Positions 32,821 to 42,965 of a stretch of 64,000 nt of DNA are shown one piece after another; position 1 is the stretch's first letter; each line of letters starts with the position of its first letter. Origin of the DNA: Nitrospirota bacterium (GTDB lineage: Bacteria > Nitrospirota > UBA9217); the NCBI GenBank assembly GCA_963845065.1, contig CAWJQQ010000003.1, forward strand, positions 255,787 to 319,786. The letters are read 5' to 3'. The notes beneath the pieces are model-generated. The model was not told the DNA's origin. It saw nothing but the letters and a program-made list of their open reading frames with translations, and did no database searches. The position numbers and the translations under genes were made by a program.

Positions 32821-34113
32821 GTGTCAGATATAAAAAAGATGTATAAAACCATCATGTCCGACAACTTCCCCGCAGAAATGACCATCGCATTTGGCAGTCA
32901 GAAACTTGTATACCGGAAGAGGTCATGGAAGCTTGCTGATGAAAGTACTGGGGAAGTAATCGAAAAAGGGTTACGGTACGGGGAGAATCCTGACCAGCAG
33001 GCGGCAATGTACCAGCTTGTCAGCGGGAATCTTATTCTTGCCGGGGCACGATTCATCGAACCCGGTAATGGTCTTGTGAGTAGTATTACCGAGGAACAGA
33101 TGCTGCAGGCTGGCAAACATCCTGGTAAAACGAATCTTACTGATCTTGATAATGCACTTAATATCCTCAAGTTCTTCACCAATCGACCCGTTGCCGCCAT
33201 TATGAAGCACAATAACCCCTGCGGTGTAGCGTACGGCAAAACAATTGCTGACGCCTACGAACGTGCAAACATGGCGGACCGCATCGCAGCCTTCGGAGGC
33301 TGTCTCTGCGTGAACAGGCCCATCGATAAGCAGGTTGCAGAGATGGCGAACGGTAATTACCTTGAGGTAGTGGCAGCTCCTGCTTATGAAGAGGGGGCAG
33401 TGGCTATCCTCGCAAAGCGCAAAAACCTGAGAATTATCAAACTTGAGAAAATTGCTGAACTTGCGAAATACCAAGATATAAACTTTGTAGAATTTAAGGC
33501 GCTTATCGATGGAGGCCTGATCGTTCAACAGTCCCAGAAAAACGCAATTCGAAAGAAAGAGGATTTCCAGGTAGCGGAAACTATATATAAAGGCCAGATG
33601 TACAAAATTTCAAGGAAACCAACTGAAGAGGAGTATGATGATATGCTGTTTGGCTGGAATGTTGAGCAGGGGATTACGTCGAACTCCGTTATTTATGTAA
33701 AGAACGGCGTTACCGTTGGCATTGGGACTGGAGAACAGGACCGTGTAGGCGTTGCCGAGATTGCAATATTTAAGGCATATACAAAGTATGCAGACTCTCT
33801 TTGCTTCAAAAAATTCGGCATTCCCTACAAAACGTTTGAGTTGGAAGCAAACAAGGGAAAACGGGACAAATCGGCTCTCAAAGATATTGACGAACAGGCC
33901 AGGAAGGACAAGGGCGGCCTCATCGGTTCTACTATGGTTTCTGATGCTTTTTTTCCATTCCGCGATGGCGTTGATGTAGGAATTAAAGAGGGGATATCGG
34001 CAATTGTGCAGCCAGGCGGGTCGGATAGGGACTTCGATGTAATCACCGCGTGTAATGAGACTACGCCCAAAGTAACGATGGTCTTTACAGGCCAGCGGGT
34101 GTTTAAGCATTAA
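32821..34113 (+). CDS. PurH-like AICAR transformylase-domain protein lacking the N-terminal MGS-like cyclohydrolase domain
   Basis: LRYGENPDQ at about aa 50, KHNNPCG, SDAFFPFRDG, QPGGS, FTGQRVFKH. Confidence 0.85.
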   Translation: MSDIKKMYKTIMSDNFPAEMTIAFGSQKLVYRKRSWKLADESTGEVIEKGLRYGENPDQQAAMYQLVSGNLILAGARFIEPGNGLVSSITEEQMLQAGKHPGKTNLTDLDNALNILKFFTNRPVAAIMKHNNPCGVAYGKTIADAYERANMADRIAAFGGCLCVNRPIDKQVAEMANGNYLEVVAAPAYEEGAVAILAKRKNLRIIKLEKIAELAKYQDINFVEFKALIDGGLIVQQSQKNAIRKKEDFQVAETIYKGQMYKISRKPTEEEYDDMLFGWNVEQGITSNSVIYVKNGVTVGIGTGEQDRVGVAEIAIFKAYTKYADSLCFKKFGIPYKTFELEANKGKRDKSALKDIDEQARKDKGGLIGSTMVSDAFFPFRDGVDVGIKEGISAIVQPGGSDRDFDVITACNETTPKVTMVFTGQRVFKH

Positions 34114-34394
34114 TTGACGCACACTCACCGTTAAAGCAAGTGGGATTCTGGAATGCATACGGAGCTGTTGTCAGCGGCAGTCTTATTGTTTCTCTACCGA
34201 TGTTTGGACACCTTCACCATTTTGATTTCAATTCTTATAATTTCCGATAAAATCCGTTATTCAAGTAAGCCGCTCCGCGGCAGAAGAGCAAAGCATCCAT
34301 CCTGCGTCCATCCCACCTTGTCTGATATTTCCTGAATAATCTCCGTGTTACCATACATCTCCAATGCAGTTCAATCTTGTAGCACAAGGAGAGT

Positions 34395-35270
34395 ATGGTC
34401 ATGGAAAACTGGTACGAGAAGTCCAAAGAAGCCCTGCAACTGAGCGGTAAGGGCGACACAACGCAAGAAAGTTACACACGCGCAGTCCGATTACTCATTG
34501 AGCATTTCGGCAACAAAACCCCCGATCTCATCACCGAAGAAGAGCTTCAGGAATACTTCCTCCATTGCAGGAACGTTCGCAAGTGGGCGCCCAAAACCAT
34601 GGCTGTCTGCTATGCCGGCATCCGCTTTTTCTTTGAGAACGTCCTGCGCCGTGACTGGCATATCCTGAGCATCATTCGGGCGCAAACTGAACACCGGCTT
34701 CCGACTGTGCTTAGTATCGAAGAGGTACGCGCCACCCTTTCCCGCGTCACGTCTCCTCGCAACCACGCCTTCCTCTCCACAGTCTATTCCTGCGGCCTTC
34801 GGCTCCAGGAAGCGCTACACCTCGAAGTCCCGGACATCGATAAACACCGTATGATGATCCATATCCACCGGGGGAAAGGCGCTAAAGACCGTTATGTTCC
34901 GCTTCCCCGTACGACGTATGCTCTTTTGCGGAAGCATTGGGCCACTCACAAAAACCCCCGATTGATTTTTCCCTCACGGGGCATATACAAAGATGGCTCG
35001 GACATTCGGAAACCGGTTTCATACAGTACGGTGCAGGCGGCGCTTCAGAACGCGGTACGCGCAGCGGGTATTCAGAAACGCAACGTCTCCATCCACACGC
35101 TTCGCCACGCCTATGCTACTCACCTGCTCGAAGCCGGCGTGAATCTGAGCGTCATCCAGCAGTATATGGGCCACTCCAGCCTTGAGACCACGATGATTTA
35201 CCTACATTTGACCACCAAGGGTCAGGAAGACGCTTACAAAATCATCGACCAGCTCATGACGGGGTTTTGA
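34395..35270 (+). CDS. Tyrosine recombinase (integron-integrase-like N-terminus)
   Basis: YSCGLR, GKGAKDR, HTLRHAYATHLLE, MGHSSLETTMIY. Confidence 0.93.
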   Translation: MVMENWYEKSKEALQLSGKGDTTQESYTRAVRLLIEHFGNKTPDLITEEELQEYFLHCRNVRKWAPKTMAVCYAGIRFFFENVLRRDWHILSIIRAQTEHRLPTVLSIEEVRATLSRVTSPRNHAFLSTVYSCGLRLQEALHLEVPDIDKHRMMIHIHRGKGAKDRYVPLPRTTYALLRKHWATHKNPRLIFPSRGIYKDGSDIRKPVSYSTVQAALQNAVRAAGIQKRNVSIHTLRHAYATHLLEAGVNLSVIQQYMGHSSLETTMIYLHLTTKGQEDAYKIIDQLMTGF

Positions 35271-36367
35271 CCATGGACACGATCAATGAGATTTTCCGCA
35301 CCTATGCCCCGGAGTACGTGTCACGGTTTGGCGAAGCGATTCCTCTGGAACATCGCAAGGCAATAGACGCAATTATCAACTGCCGCACTCCAGCTTGTGG
35401 GACGACCTGGTTCCGTTGCGAAGACTGCGGGAAAGACCATGCCATCCATCGTTCTTGCGGCAACCGTCACTGCCCGACCTGCCAGTATCATAAGAGCCGA
35501 CAGTGGCTCGAAAAACAGATTGATCGGCGGATGCCAGGACATCACTTCATGATCACGTTCACGGTGCCCGAGCAGATTCGTCGGTTCATCAGAGGCAATC
35601 AACGAGCAGCTTATGCTGCCTTGTTTTCTGCTTCTTCAGCGGCTATGAAAAAGCTGGTTCTCGACCCCAAGTTCATGGGCGGCGATCTGCCGGGCTTCTT
35701 CGGGGTCCTGCACACATGGGGCAGAACACTGGAGTTTCACCCCCATGTCCACTATATCGTCGTAGGTGGGGCGTTTTCGTCCGAGGATAAAACATGGAAA
35801 CCGTCAGGAACCGGTTTCTATGTGCCGGTCCAAGCGCTATCTCCCATTTTCCGGGCGAAGTTCAAGGATGAGATGAAAAAAGCAGGCCTTTTTGATCAAA
35901 TCCCCGAAGAGGTCTGGCGCATCGACTGGAACGTGAACTCGCAAGCCGTGGGCGACAGCGAAGGGAGTCTCAAGTATCTTGCCCCCTATGTCTTTCGGGT
36001 AGCCTTGTCCAACAGCCGGATCGTGAAAGTCGAGAATCGTCAGATCTTCATTCATTACAAAAAGACCAATAGCAATCGCTGGAGAACGCTGGAACTTGAG
36101 GTGATGGAATTTATGCGTCGCTTCCTCCAGCACGTTCTACCGACGGGGTTCATGAAGGTGCGATATTACGGCTTCTTAAGCCCGACCTGCAAAGTCCCGC
36201 TTGAGAACATCAGGACGCTGATTGAGCTGGCTTATGGATTTGAGGTGACGATGTCTGAAGTCGAACAGACGCCCCCAATGCCTCATCCAACATGCGGGTG
36301 CTGCGGTGGCTTTCTCAAAGTGATTTCGATTTCTCCGCCGCCGCAGCACCTGGCACGCGCCGGATAG
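35267..36367 (+). CDS. IS91-family (Y2/HUH) transposase with Zn-binding N-domain
   Basis: CEDCG, SCGNRHCPTC, LHTWG, HPHVH (HUH), YLAPY (Y2), RFLQHVLPTGFMKVRYYG. Confidence 0.93.
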   Translation: MTMDTINEIFRTYAPEYVSRFGEAIPLEHRKAIDAIINCRTPACGTTWFRCEDCGKDHAIHRSCGNRHCPTCQYHKSRQWLEKQIDRRMPGHHFMITFTVPEQIRRFIRGNQRAAYAALFSASSAAMKKLVLDPKFMGGDLPGFFGVLHTWGRTLEFHPHVHYIVVGGAFSSEDKTWKPSGTGFYVPVQALSPIFRAKFKDEMKKAGLFDQIPEEVWRIDWNVNSQAVGDSEGSLKYLAPYVFRVALSNSRIVKVENRQIFIHYKKTNSNRWRTLELEVMEFMRRFLQHVLPTGFMKVRYYGFLSPTCKVPLENIRTLIELAYGFEVTMSEVEQTPPMPHPTCGCCGGFLKVISISPPPQHLARAG

Positions 36368-36689
36368 CATCCGACGATTTTGATTCACCACGTGTTTCTC
36401 GTGTAAGATCCCGCAGGCATCATCTGCGGGTCAACGCTCCCGTTCGGCCGCGCGAGCGGATCAGGCGATGATTTCTGCGTGTGAGTATAATGGGAATCAC
36501 GTTTGTTTTTTTATAATCAGACCGACACGAGCTCTCACTCTCCATAAACTGCCCATTCAGGCTTTAACCAAAAACGACCCCTCGAAGCATTACCCTATAT
36601 ATAGAGACTATCGGTCATCATCCTGCCGCTCCGGGCTTCTTGAATTATGGATTGAGTACGACGTGAAGATGTCGTCACAATCCTTATTG

Positions 36690-37203
36690 ATTCTTCACGG
36701 ACTGCCCGGACCGGTATCTGGCTCGACACACCGCCATCAACCAGCATTTTTTTGTTATATTCTGTCGGGGTAAAGAGAACGGGAACGCTGCAGCTGGCCT
36801 GTACCGCTTTGGCAATGGAGCCGCTCGTAATCACAACTTTTTCAGCGGTTTTAAGGTCAGTGGCTACTACTGCCAAGGGAATGGGAAGAGAGGAGAATTC
36901 CTTTATTGGAAGGATGTCCTCCAGAAAGCGGAAAATACCCTCGCTTGAAATAAATCCTCGTTTCGGTATCGTAAACTTGAGGATATCCGTCCACTTGGCA
37001 TGAACGAGGATGTGCTCTATTTGAGAAAGGGTCATGCCGGCGCAGTACAGGGATCCGATAACGCTGCCAGCGCTGGTGCCTGCAAGGGCATGAATGTGAA
37101 TTCCTTCTTCTTCCAGAGTCTTTAGAACGGCAATATGGGCAAGGCCGCGTGCAGCACCACCCGATAAAGCTAGCCCAATCAATGGTTTACGAGAATGAGG
37201 CAT
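36690..37203 (-). pseudogene. Patatin-like phospholipase, 3'-truncated by the adjacent element
   Basis: LSGGAARG, GTSAG, DGG motifs present; patatin-like sequence ends at PVRAVREE and the ORF then reads into the element end. Confidence 0.78.
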
Positions 37204-37308
37204 GAACTACCCTTATCGAATGCTACGACATTCAAATCAATAAACCGCTCCAACAGATGTCAAGTCAAAAGGCAGATAATGTGCCTTACCTAGGAAGTTA
37301 GACTCAGA

Positions 37309-37911
37309 TTATTTCCCGGTCAGCTTCTTTACAGTGTTCTTAATATGCTCCCCCATAGCGTCGAATGCGTAAAGGATGCTCAGAAAGTTTGATGACGACT
37401 TAGGCGAACATTCACCAGTCACGAGCCTTTCTTCATGGGTGGTTGCAAAATCATTGGCCATGCGTTCAAGTGAATCTGTCTCGGCAACCACCGTATTAAT
37501 AGTAGCCGCGGCGTTGGTTACGGCCGCTTCCCCGGCTTTTTTGAGGATGTCTTTAGCCATTGTAAATAGTTTGCCGGTTTCGATTACAGCTTTGTCGCTG
37601 AACAAAAGTCCGTCCTTAATCCGTTCGCGGCTATTTTCGCTGATTCGGTGGATGTTGGTCGCAATTTTTTCGATCGAAGCGGGGACAGACAACATTAACC
37701 GCGCTTCGCTGTCCGTCGCTGCAAGTTTGGCGAAGGAAGAGGTGAGTGAGTCCTCTATAACGCGGATTTCCCCGGCAACTTCGTCTGCTTGGTCCAGAGA
37801 AGACATCCTGTTTTTCATGAATCCCTCTTCCGTGAGTTCAAGCATGGACTGAGCTTTATGCATTACCAAATAGATTTCTTTTTTCAGGTCTTTGACAGTC
37901 TGTTCTGCCAT
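37309..37911 (-). CDS. PhoU-like helical domain protein
   Basis: Two helical repeats, IEKIA, LLFSDKA, HEERLVTGECSPKSS, similar to the C-terminus of Na/Pi cotransporter-related proteins. Confidence 0.7.
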   Translation of the reverse strand: MAEQTVKDLKKEIYLVMHKAQSMLELTEEGFMKNRMSSLDQADEVAGEIRVIEDSLTSSFAKLAATDSEARLMLSVPASIEKIATNIHRISENSRERIKDGLLFSDKAVIETGKLFTMAKDILKKAGEAAVTNAAATINTVVAETDSLERMANDFATTHEERLVTGECSPKSSSNFLSILYAFDAMGEHIKNTVKKLTGK

Positions 37912-38214
37912 ACGAGGCGTTCTCCTTTCATGTCGTTTCGTGTTTTCTAATGACCGCGTTCTGCAATGTTTTTTGAAAAACTATAGCAGAAAATGAGGTC
38001 AGTGACCAGCGAAATTATTTTCATAAAGCATTTTATTATGACGACTATGAACCGCACCATTTTACGCGGCCACTTGTTTGCATCTCATTGTTTCATATTT
38101 TCTAAACACAATTTTAGCATACTTTGAGCGCTTGCGGCCTGTTTTTTCTTGACTTCATTTGAGGCCGCTGGTATAAACTAAACCATCTCACTCATCCAAT
38201 GTCGTGGAGCAATC

Positions 38215-39480
38215 ATGCCTTTTTTTGCCGGAGAAATATTTGTCAGCGAGGTTTCTCAGAAACCGGTGCTTGATCAAACGGGCGAGGAAATCGGCAAGCT
38301 CAAAGACATCATCGTAGTAAGAGGAGAACCATTTCCGGCCGTTAGCGCCTTAGTCGTTGGGTCGAGCAAAGATACATTCTACCTCCCGTGGAACTCAGTC
38401 AACCTCTTTAATAAACGGGTCATATCGGTCAATGTTCTTGTGAAAAACCTTGTTCCAGCTTCTGTGGCGCCGACCGATATCCTCGTATACCGCGATTTGC
38501 TTGACAAACAGATCGTAGACATCAACGGCGCGAAACTCGTCCGGGTTAATGATCTTGAACTTTGCGATGTAAAGGGCACACTCTGCCTTGTTGCCGCGGA
38601 CATTGGACTTCGCGGAATCCTGCGCAGACTCGGAGTTGAAGCGCGTGGTGAAAAATTATTCAGTTTGGTACACTATAGACTCCAACACCGGCTGATTGGT
38701 TGGCACTATCTTCAAACAATCGAACCGAAATTATCGCGTCTGACTCTAACAGTGTCCCGCCAGAAGGTTGCCAATCTCCATCCAGCTGATTTAGCAGAGA
38801 TAATGAGCGACGTTTCCCAACGAGAAAGAACGGCGATTTTCGGCACCTTGGATGTAGACACCGCCGCCGAAGCCCTTCACGAACTTGAACCGCGTGTCCA
38901 GGTCGATATTATCGACGACATGTCCAAGGAACGGGCATCGAACATTCTCGAGAGGATGCCTCCTGACGAGGCCGCAGATGTATTAGGCGACCTTCCTGAA
39001 GCGAAAGCGCAAGAACTAATAAACCTAATGGATAAGGAAGAGGCCGAGGATGTGCAAGAACTTCTGGAACACGAGGAGCATACTGCCGGAGGTCTCATGA
39101 CGACAGAGTATCTCGCCTTTCCTCCGGATATGACTGTGGAAGAGTCCATTAAGGAATTGCGGCTCGAAGCTCCGGATGTTGAGACCATCTATTACCTCTA
39201 TATTCTCGATAGCAATGAGAGGATTGTCGGCGTCATATCGCTTAAAAATCTTATTCTGGCAATGCCACAAGCGCTTCTCAGCGACGTCATGATAACTCCT
39301 GTAAAAACCTTAACGCTCGAGGCGAGTCAAAAAGATGTTGCTGAGTTTATCTCAAAATATAACTTGCTAGCCGCACCTGTAGTGGATGAGAACAACGTCC
39401 TTCGAGGCATCGTAACGGTTGACGATGTTGTCGACTTTCTTCTACCTACGGCATCCAAGAAAAAGCGAAGAAAACGGTAA
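38215..39480 (+). CDS. Soluble PRC + MgtE-N + tandem CBS protein (no transmembrane domain)
   Basis: LLDKQIVDINGAKLVRVND, LHPADLAEI, MPPDEAADVL, TAGGLMTTEY, GIVTVDD. Confidence 0.87.
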   Translation: MPFFAGEIFVSEVSQKPVLDQTGEEIGKLKDIIVVRGEPFPAVSALVVGSSKDTFYLPWNSVNLFNKRVISVNVLVKNLVPASVAPTDILVYRDLLDKQIVDINGAKLVRVNDLELCDVKGTLCLVAADIGLRGILRRLGVEARGEKLFSLVHYRLQHRLIGWHYLQTIEPKLSRLTLTVSRQKVANLHPADLAEIMSDVSQRERTAIFGTLDVDTAAEALHELEPRVQVDIIDDMSKERASNILERMPPDEAADVLGDLPEAKAQELINLMDKEEAEDVQELLEHEEHTAGGLMTTEYLAFPPDMTVEESIKELRLEAPDVETIYYLYILDSNERIVGVISLKNLILAMPQALLSDVMITPVKTLTLEASQKDVAEFISKYNLLAAPVVDENNVLRGIVTVDDVVDFLLPTASKKKRRKR

Positions 39481-39612
39481 ATTGTTGATTTCCTGTTCGA
39501 AGCAACCCCACGCAAATCATATATTAAGTTTCACCGGGGAAAGGCAGAAACGCAGATGTTTGTGGTATATATTATTCCTTATCAAGGCTGTCTGAAAAAG
39601 GTCTAACACTGC

Positions 39613-40833
39613 ATGAACAAAAGGAAAATACTCGTATTTCTTTCCGTTTTGGGACCGGGTATCATCACCGCGAATGTGGATAATGATGCAGGCGGTATTG
39701 CCACGTACTCGGTGGCTGGGGCTCACTTCGGCTATTCTCTACTTTGGACGCTGATTCCTATTACGGTCGCGCTCATCGTGGTCCAGGAAATGGTCGCGAG
39801 GATGGGCGTTGTGACCGGCAAGACTCTGGCGGATCTGATTCGGGAGAATTTTGGAGTCAAAACGACTTTTTTTCTCATGCTGAGCCTACTGTTCGCTGAT
39901 ATGGGCAATACCGTTGCCGAATTCGCCGGATGGGCATCATCTATGGAGATTTTTAGGGTGAGTAAGTATTTATCGGTGCCGATCGGTGCCTTTGCGGTCT
40001 GGCTGCTCGTGGTAAAAGGGACCTATCGGGCCGTTGAAAAAATATTTCTTATCGCCTGTACTGTTTATCTGACCTATGCATTTTCAGCATACTTCGTACA
40101 TCCTCCGTGGGGCAGGATCATGCTCGATACGGTTAAACCGACTTTCAATCTTAAACCGTCTTATCTAACGATGCTCATCGGCGTTGTGGGAACTACCATT
40201 GCCCCATGGATGCAGTTTTATCTGCAATCAGCGGTTGTTGAGAAAAATGTAAAGATTGAGAATTATAAGGCTTCGCGAATGGACGTGATCGTCGGATGTA
40301 TTATGACGGATGTGGTAGCGTTCTTTATCATCGTAGCCTGTGCTGCAACTCTCTTTGTGAATGGCATTAAAATCAACGATGCCAAGGATGCGGCTGTCTC
40401 ACTCGCTCCGCTTGCAGGATCGTACGCTTCAATACTTTTTGCGATTGGTCTAGCAAATGCTTCACTTTTCTCTGCATCAATACTCCCGTTGGCAACGGCA
40501 TATTATGTGTGCGAAGGAATGGGTTGGGAATCCGGCGTGGACAAGAATTTCAAAACTGCGCCTCAATTTATGTGGCTCTATACCGGCATAATCGTTGTGG
40601 GCGCACTCATTATTCTCATTCCGAATGCACCGCTTATAGCGATTATGCTCACTACCCAGGTGGTTAACGGTATTATGCTACCCTTCGTGCTTATTTTTAT
40701 GCTTGTACTGATCAACAACAAGGATCTTATGGGCGATTTTACGAATTCTCGCGTTTTTGATATCATCGCCTGGGCTACTGTCGTGATTATGATCGTACTA
40801 ACTCTTGCGCTAGTCGTCACTTCATTTCTGTAA
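39613..40833 (+). CDS. Nramp-family divalent metal transporter (NRMT/Mg2+-type motifs)
   Basis: GPGIITANVDNDAGGIATY and GTTIAPWMQFY in place of canonical DPGN and MPH; many TM helices. Confidence 0.87.
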   Translation: MNKRKILVFLSVLGPGIITANVDNDAGGIATYSVAGAHFGYSLLWTLIPITVALIVVQEMVARMGVVTGKTLADLIRENFGVKTTFFLMLSLLFADMGNTVAEFAGWASSMEIFRVSKYLSVPIGAFAVWLLVVKGTYRAVEKIFLIACTVYLTYAFSAYFVHPPWGRIMLDTVKPTFNLKPSYLTMLIGVVGTTIAPWMQFYLQSAVVEKNVKIENYKASRMDVIVGCIMTDVVAFFIIVACAATLFVNGIKINDAKDAAVSLAPLAGSYASILFAIGLANASLFSASILPLATAYYVCEGMGWESGVDKNFKTAPQFMWLYTGIIVVGALIILIPNAPLIAIMLTTQVVNGIMLPFVLIFMLVLINNKDLMGDFTNSRVFDIIAWATVVIMIVLTLALVVTSFL

Positions 40834-40977
40834 ATCTGATGTGTTTATTGTCTTTCCTGGATTGCTCACCCAAGGATCAAGACACAATTTATCCTTGATC
40901 GGAGCAACATATCGTCGTACAATAATACAGTAAATTCATACTCATGTAAAATCGATTTTTAAAGAGTGCAGCATCAA

Positions 40978-41805
40978 ATGACCAAACTAACGACACCACT
41001 TGAAATATTTAAACTGTTGCCGAAATCCAATTGCGGCCAATGCCAGGTTTCAACTTGTTTGGCTTTTGCTGCAGCGATAATTAAAGATGAAAAACTGCTC
41101 TCCGATTGCCCTCACCTGGATAAAAACACTCTTTCTAAATACAACGGCAAAATTAATAGACAAATTAATCTGGAGACCATACAAAAAGATGCGCTGGATA
41201 GCCTCAAAGAGAAGATTTTAAAAATTGACCTAGCCTCTAGAGCGGAACAAATAGGGGCAAAGTTTAATAGAGGATCTTTAATACTAAAGTGTCTCGGAAG
41301 AGACTTTGAGATTGATCTGAAGGGTAATATCGTATCAAATTGTCATACCCATCCGTGGTTTACTATACCGCTGTTTCATTATATTCTCTTCAGCATGGGA
41401 GAGAATATTTCTGGTCGATGGGTACCGTTCAGGGAATTGGAAAACGGTATGACGTGGAATCCTCTTTTCGAGCGAAAATGTGTACAGCCCCTGAAGTGCA
41501 TCGCCGATACTCATACCGACCTCTTTGAAGATCTGATCACTATTTTCAGCGGTGTGTCTTCTGACGGTGTATTTGCTTCTGATATATCGGTGATCTTATA
41601 TCCGCTTCCAAAACTTCCGATGATGATCTGCTACTGGAAACCGGACGAGGGCATGGAATCAAAACTTCTTCTTTTCCTCGATGATTCGGCTGAAAAAAAC
41701 CTCTTAATTGAATCCATCTATTCTATTGGTATGGGAATTGCTCGAATGCTTGAAAAAATAATGCAAAGACATTCTGGCCAGCGCGATAAATCTATTTCCT
41801 TATAA
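40978..41805 (+). CDS. Fe-S binding domain plus DUF3786-like protein
   Basis: LLPKSNCGQCQVSTCLAFA...CPHL N-terminal Fe-S motif; WVPFREL, LYPLPKLP. Confidence 0.8.
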   Translation: MTKLTTPLEIFKLLPKSNCGQCQVSTCLAFAAAIIKDEKLLSDCPHLDKNTLSKYNGKINRQINLETIQKDALDSLKEKILKIDLASRAEQIGAKFNRGSLILKCLGRDFEIDLKGNIVSNCHTHPWFTIPLFHYILFSMGENISGRWVPFRELENGMTWNPLFERKCVQPLKCIADTHTDLFEDLITIFSGVSSDGVFASDISVILYPLPKLPMMICYWKPDEGMESKLLLFLDDSAEKNLLIESIYSIGMGIARMLEKIMQRHSGQRDKSISL

Positions 41806-42089
41806 CATGCCAGTCGGGTTGTATTTCCACCATCCTTTCCGTCATAGCGGTACGTTCTGACATCTCGCCTCTTGCAACATTCTTTATTTTTGCTCACATG
41901 ATAGAAGTATAAGAGGACGGGGGACATGACCGAGGGTTTTGCAACTCTGTAAACCCCTGGATTTATCCATAGGGATACGAGCTGCAGTATAAAATTAATC
42001 ATAGCTTTGATACTACTAGACAATTAATCACGTTTCAGCCATATTGGATATTCCTATGTTTGCGGCCGAAGCAGAAAGCAAAGAACACC

Positions 42090-42775
42090 GTTGATATGGA
42101 TATTGGTCCATTGATACCTATGCATTCTATAGTAGAATGCATCCCGAACTCGAACAGTCTTGCTCTGAGCTAGCGCCAAGAGAGAAAGTCATCAGGTTAC
42201 TTCAACGAGCATTAAACTGGTCAAGGGGCAAACAATCCATCGAACTTCAACAAGAATGGCGCAGTAACGAAATGCGCCAGTGACTGGGTGCAGTCGAAGT
42301 TTTATCAGGGAATCAAGATCGCATTATTATAGTAAGGGCGGCAGGTTAATTTATGGCGATACTGCACCGCAAGGCTGAGAGTACCGGCGGTAAAGTTGTT
42401 GAACTTCCTAGCCAAAAACTTAAGCTACCACTGGCTTGTCACAGCGGAACAGTAAAGAAACCTCTCTCGCAGCGGCAACATTTGTGAATGTGAAATAGCG
42501 ATCCAACGGGGTCTCTATTCTGTCTACCTTGCGTATCATGTTAAAGGTGGAATTCTCGATACAGCCGGGGCTTTTAAAGCCTGACCGGGTGCGGAACCTC
42601 TCCTTAAACAGGCGGTGTCGAGAATACTTCAACAACCTGCAAATGTGAGGACTGTTTTCCTTCGATGTATAGGAGGTTGTAACGGCGGGAAGTTAATGCT
42701 GCGAAAGGTTTTATCGACTGGCTTTTTGCAGTTGTGAGAGCCCGGAAAAGGGAGCAGTTAAGATTTTTAGAACCC
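42090..42775 (+). pseudogene. tnpB: tnpB pseudogene
   Basis: Broken frames give DMDIGP, ILHRKAESTGGKVVE, KKPLSQRQH and QRGLYSVYLA, matching the TnpB at 52393. Confidence 0.8.
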
Positions 42776-42786
42776 CCTGGCTTGAG

Positions 42787-42884
42787 CGGGCTGTCCCACA
42801 ATATTTTTTTTATGGTTTTTGGCCTCGTATCTATTCGAATTTTCTTTCGCCAATTCACTAAAATATGAATTGTCGGACAGCTTG
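42787..42884. mobile_element. MITE of the IS1182 element (98 bp) inside the right-end hairpin loop
   Basis: CGGGCTGTCCCACAAT ... GAATTGTCGGACAGCTTG; CTTG at 42781-42784 (plus 2 extra nt) and 42885-42888. Confidence 0.78.
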
Positions 42885-42965
42885 CTTGCCATGGGGAAGT
42901 TCAGCAAAAACATCGGGGAAGCCCTTAAATTCTTCTAAGAAAATTCCTGGGCAGTATCGAGAGAC

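Larger units (their letters stand above)
34237..36689 (+). mobile_element. Tyrosine recombinase plus IS91-type transposase element
   Basis: Two coupled genes; imperfect subterminal inverted repeats 34251-34286 and 36619-36653; flanking direct repeat ATTCTT (34231-34236 and 36690-36695). Confidence 0.75.
41931..42904 (+). mobile_element. Decayed IS200/IS605-family (TnpB) element
   Basis: Follows CATGAC; left hairpin CCCCTGGA-TTTA-TCCATAGGG (41954-41974); right hairpin CCCCCTGG-CTTG-CCATGGGG ending TCAG. Confidence 0.8.

Noticed and set aside
39583..39600. TIR-like AAGGCTGTCTGAAAA between the MgtE-like and Nramp genes
   Set aside because: Weak match with no partner TIR or duplication; no M-box riboswitch features recognised either
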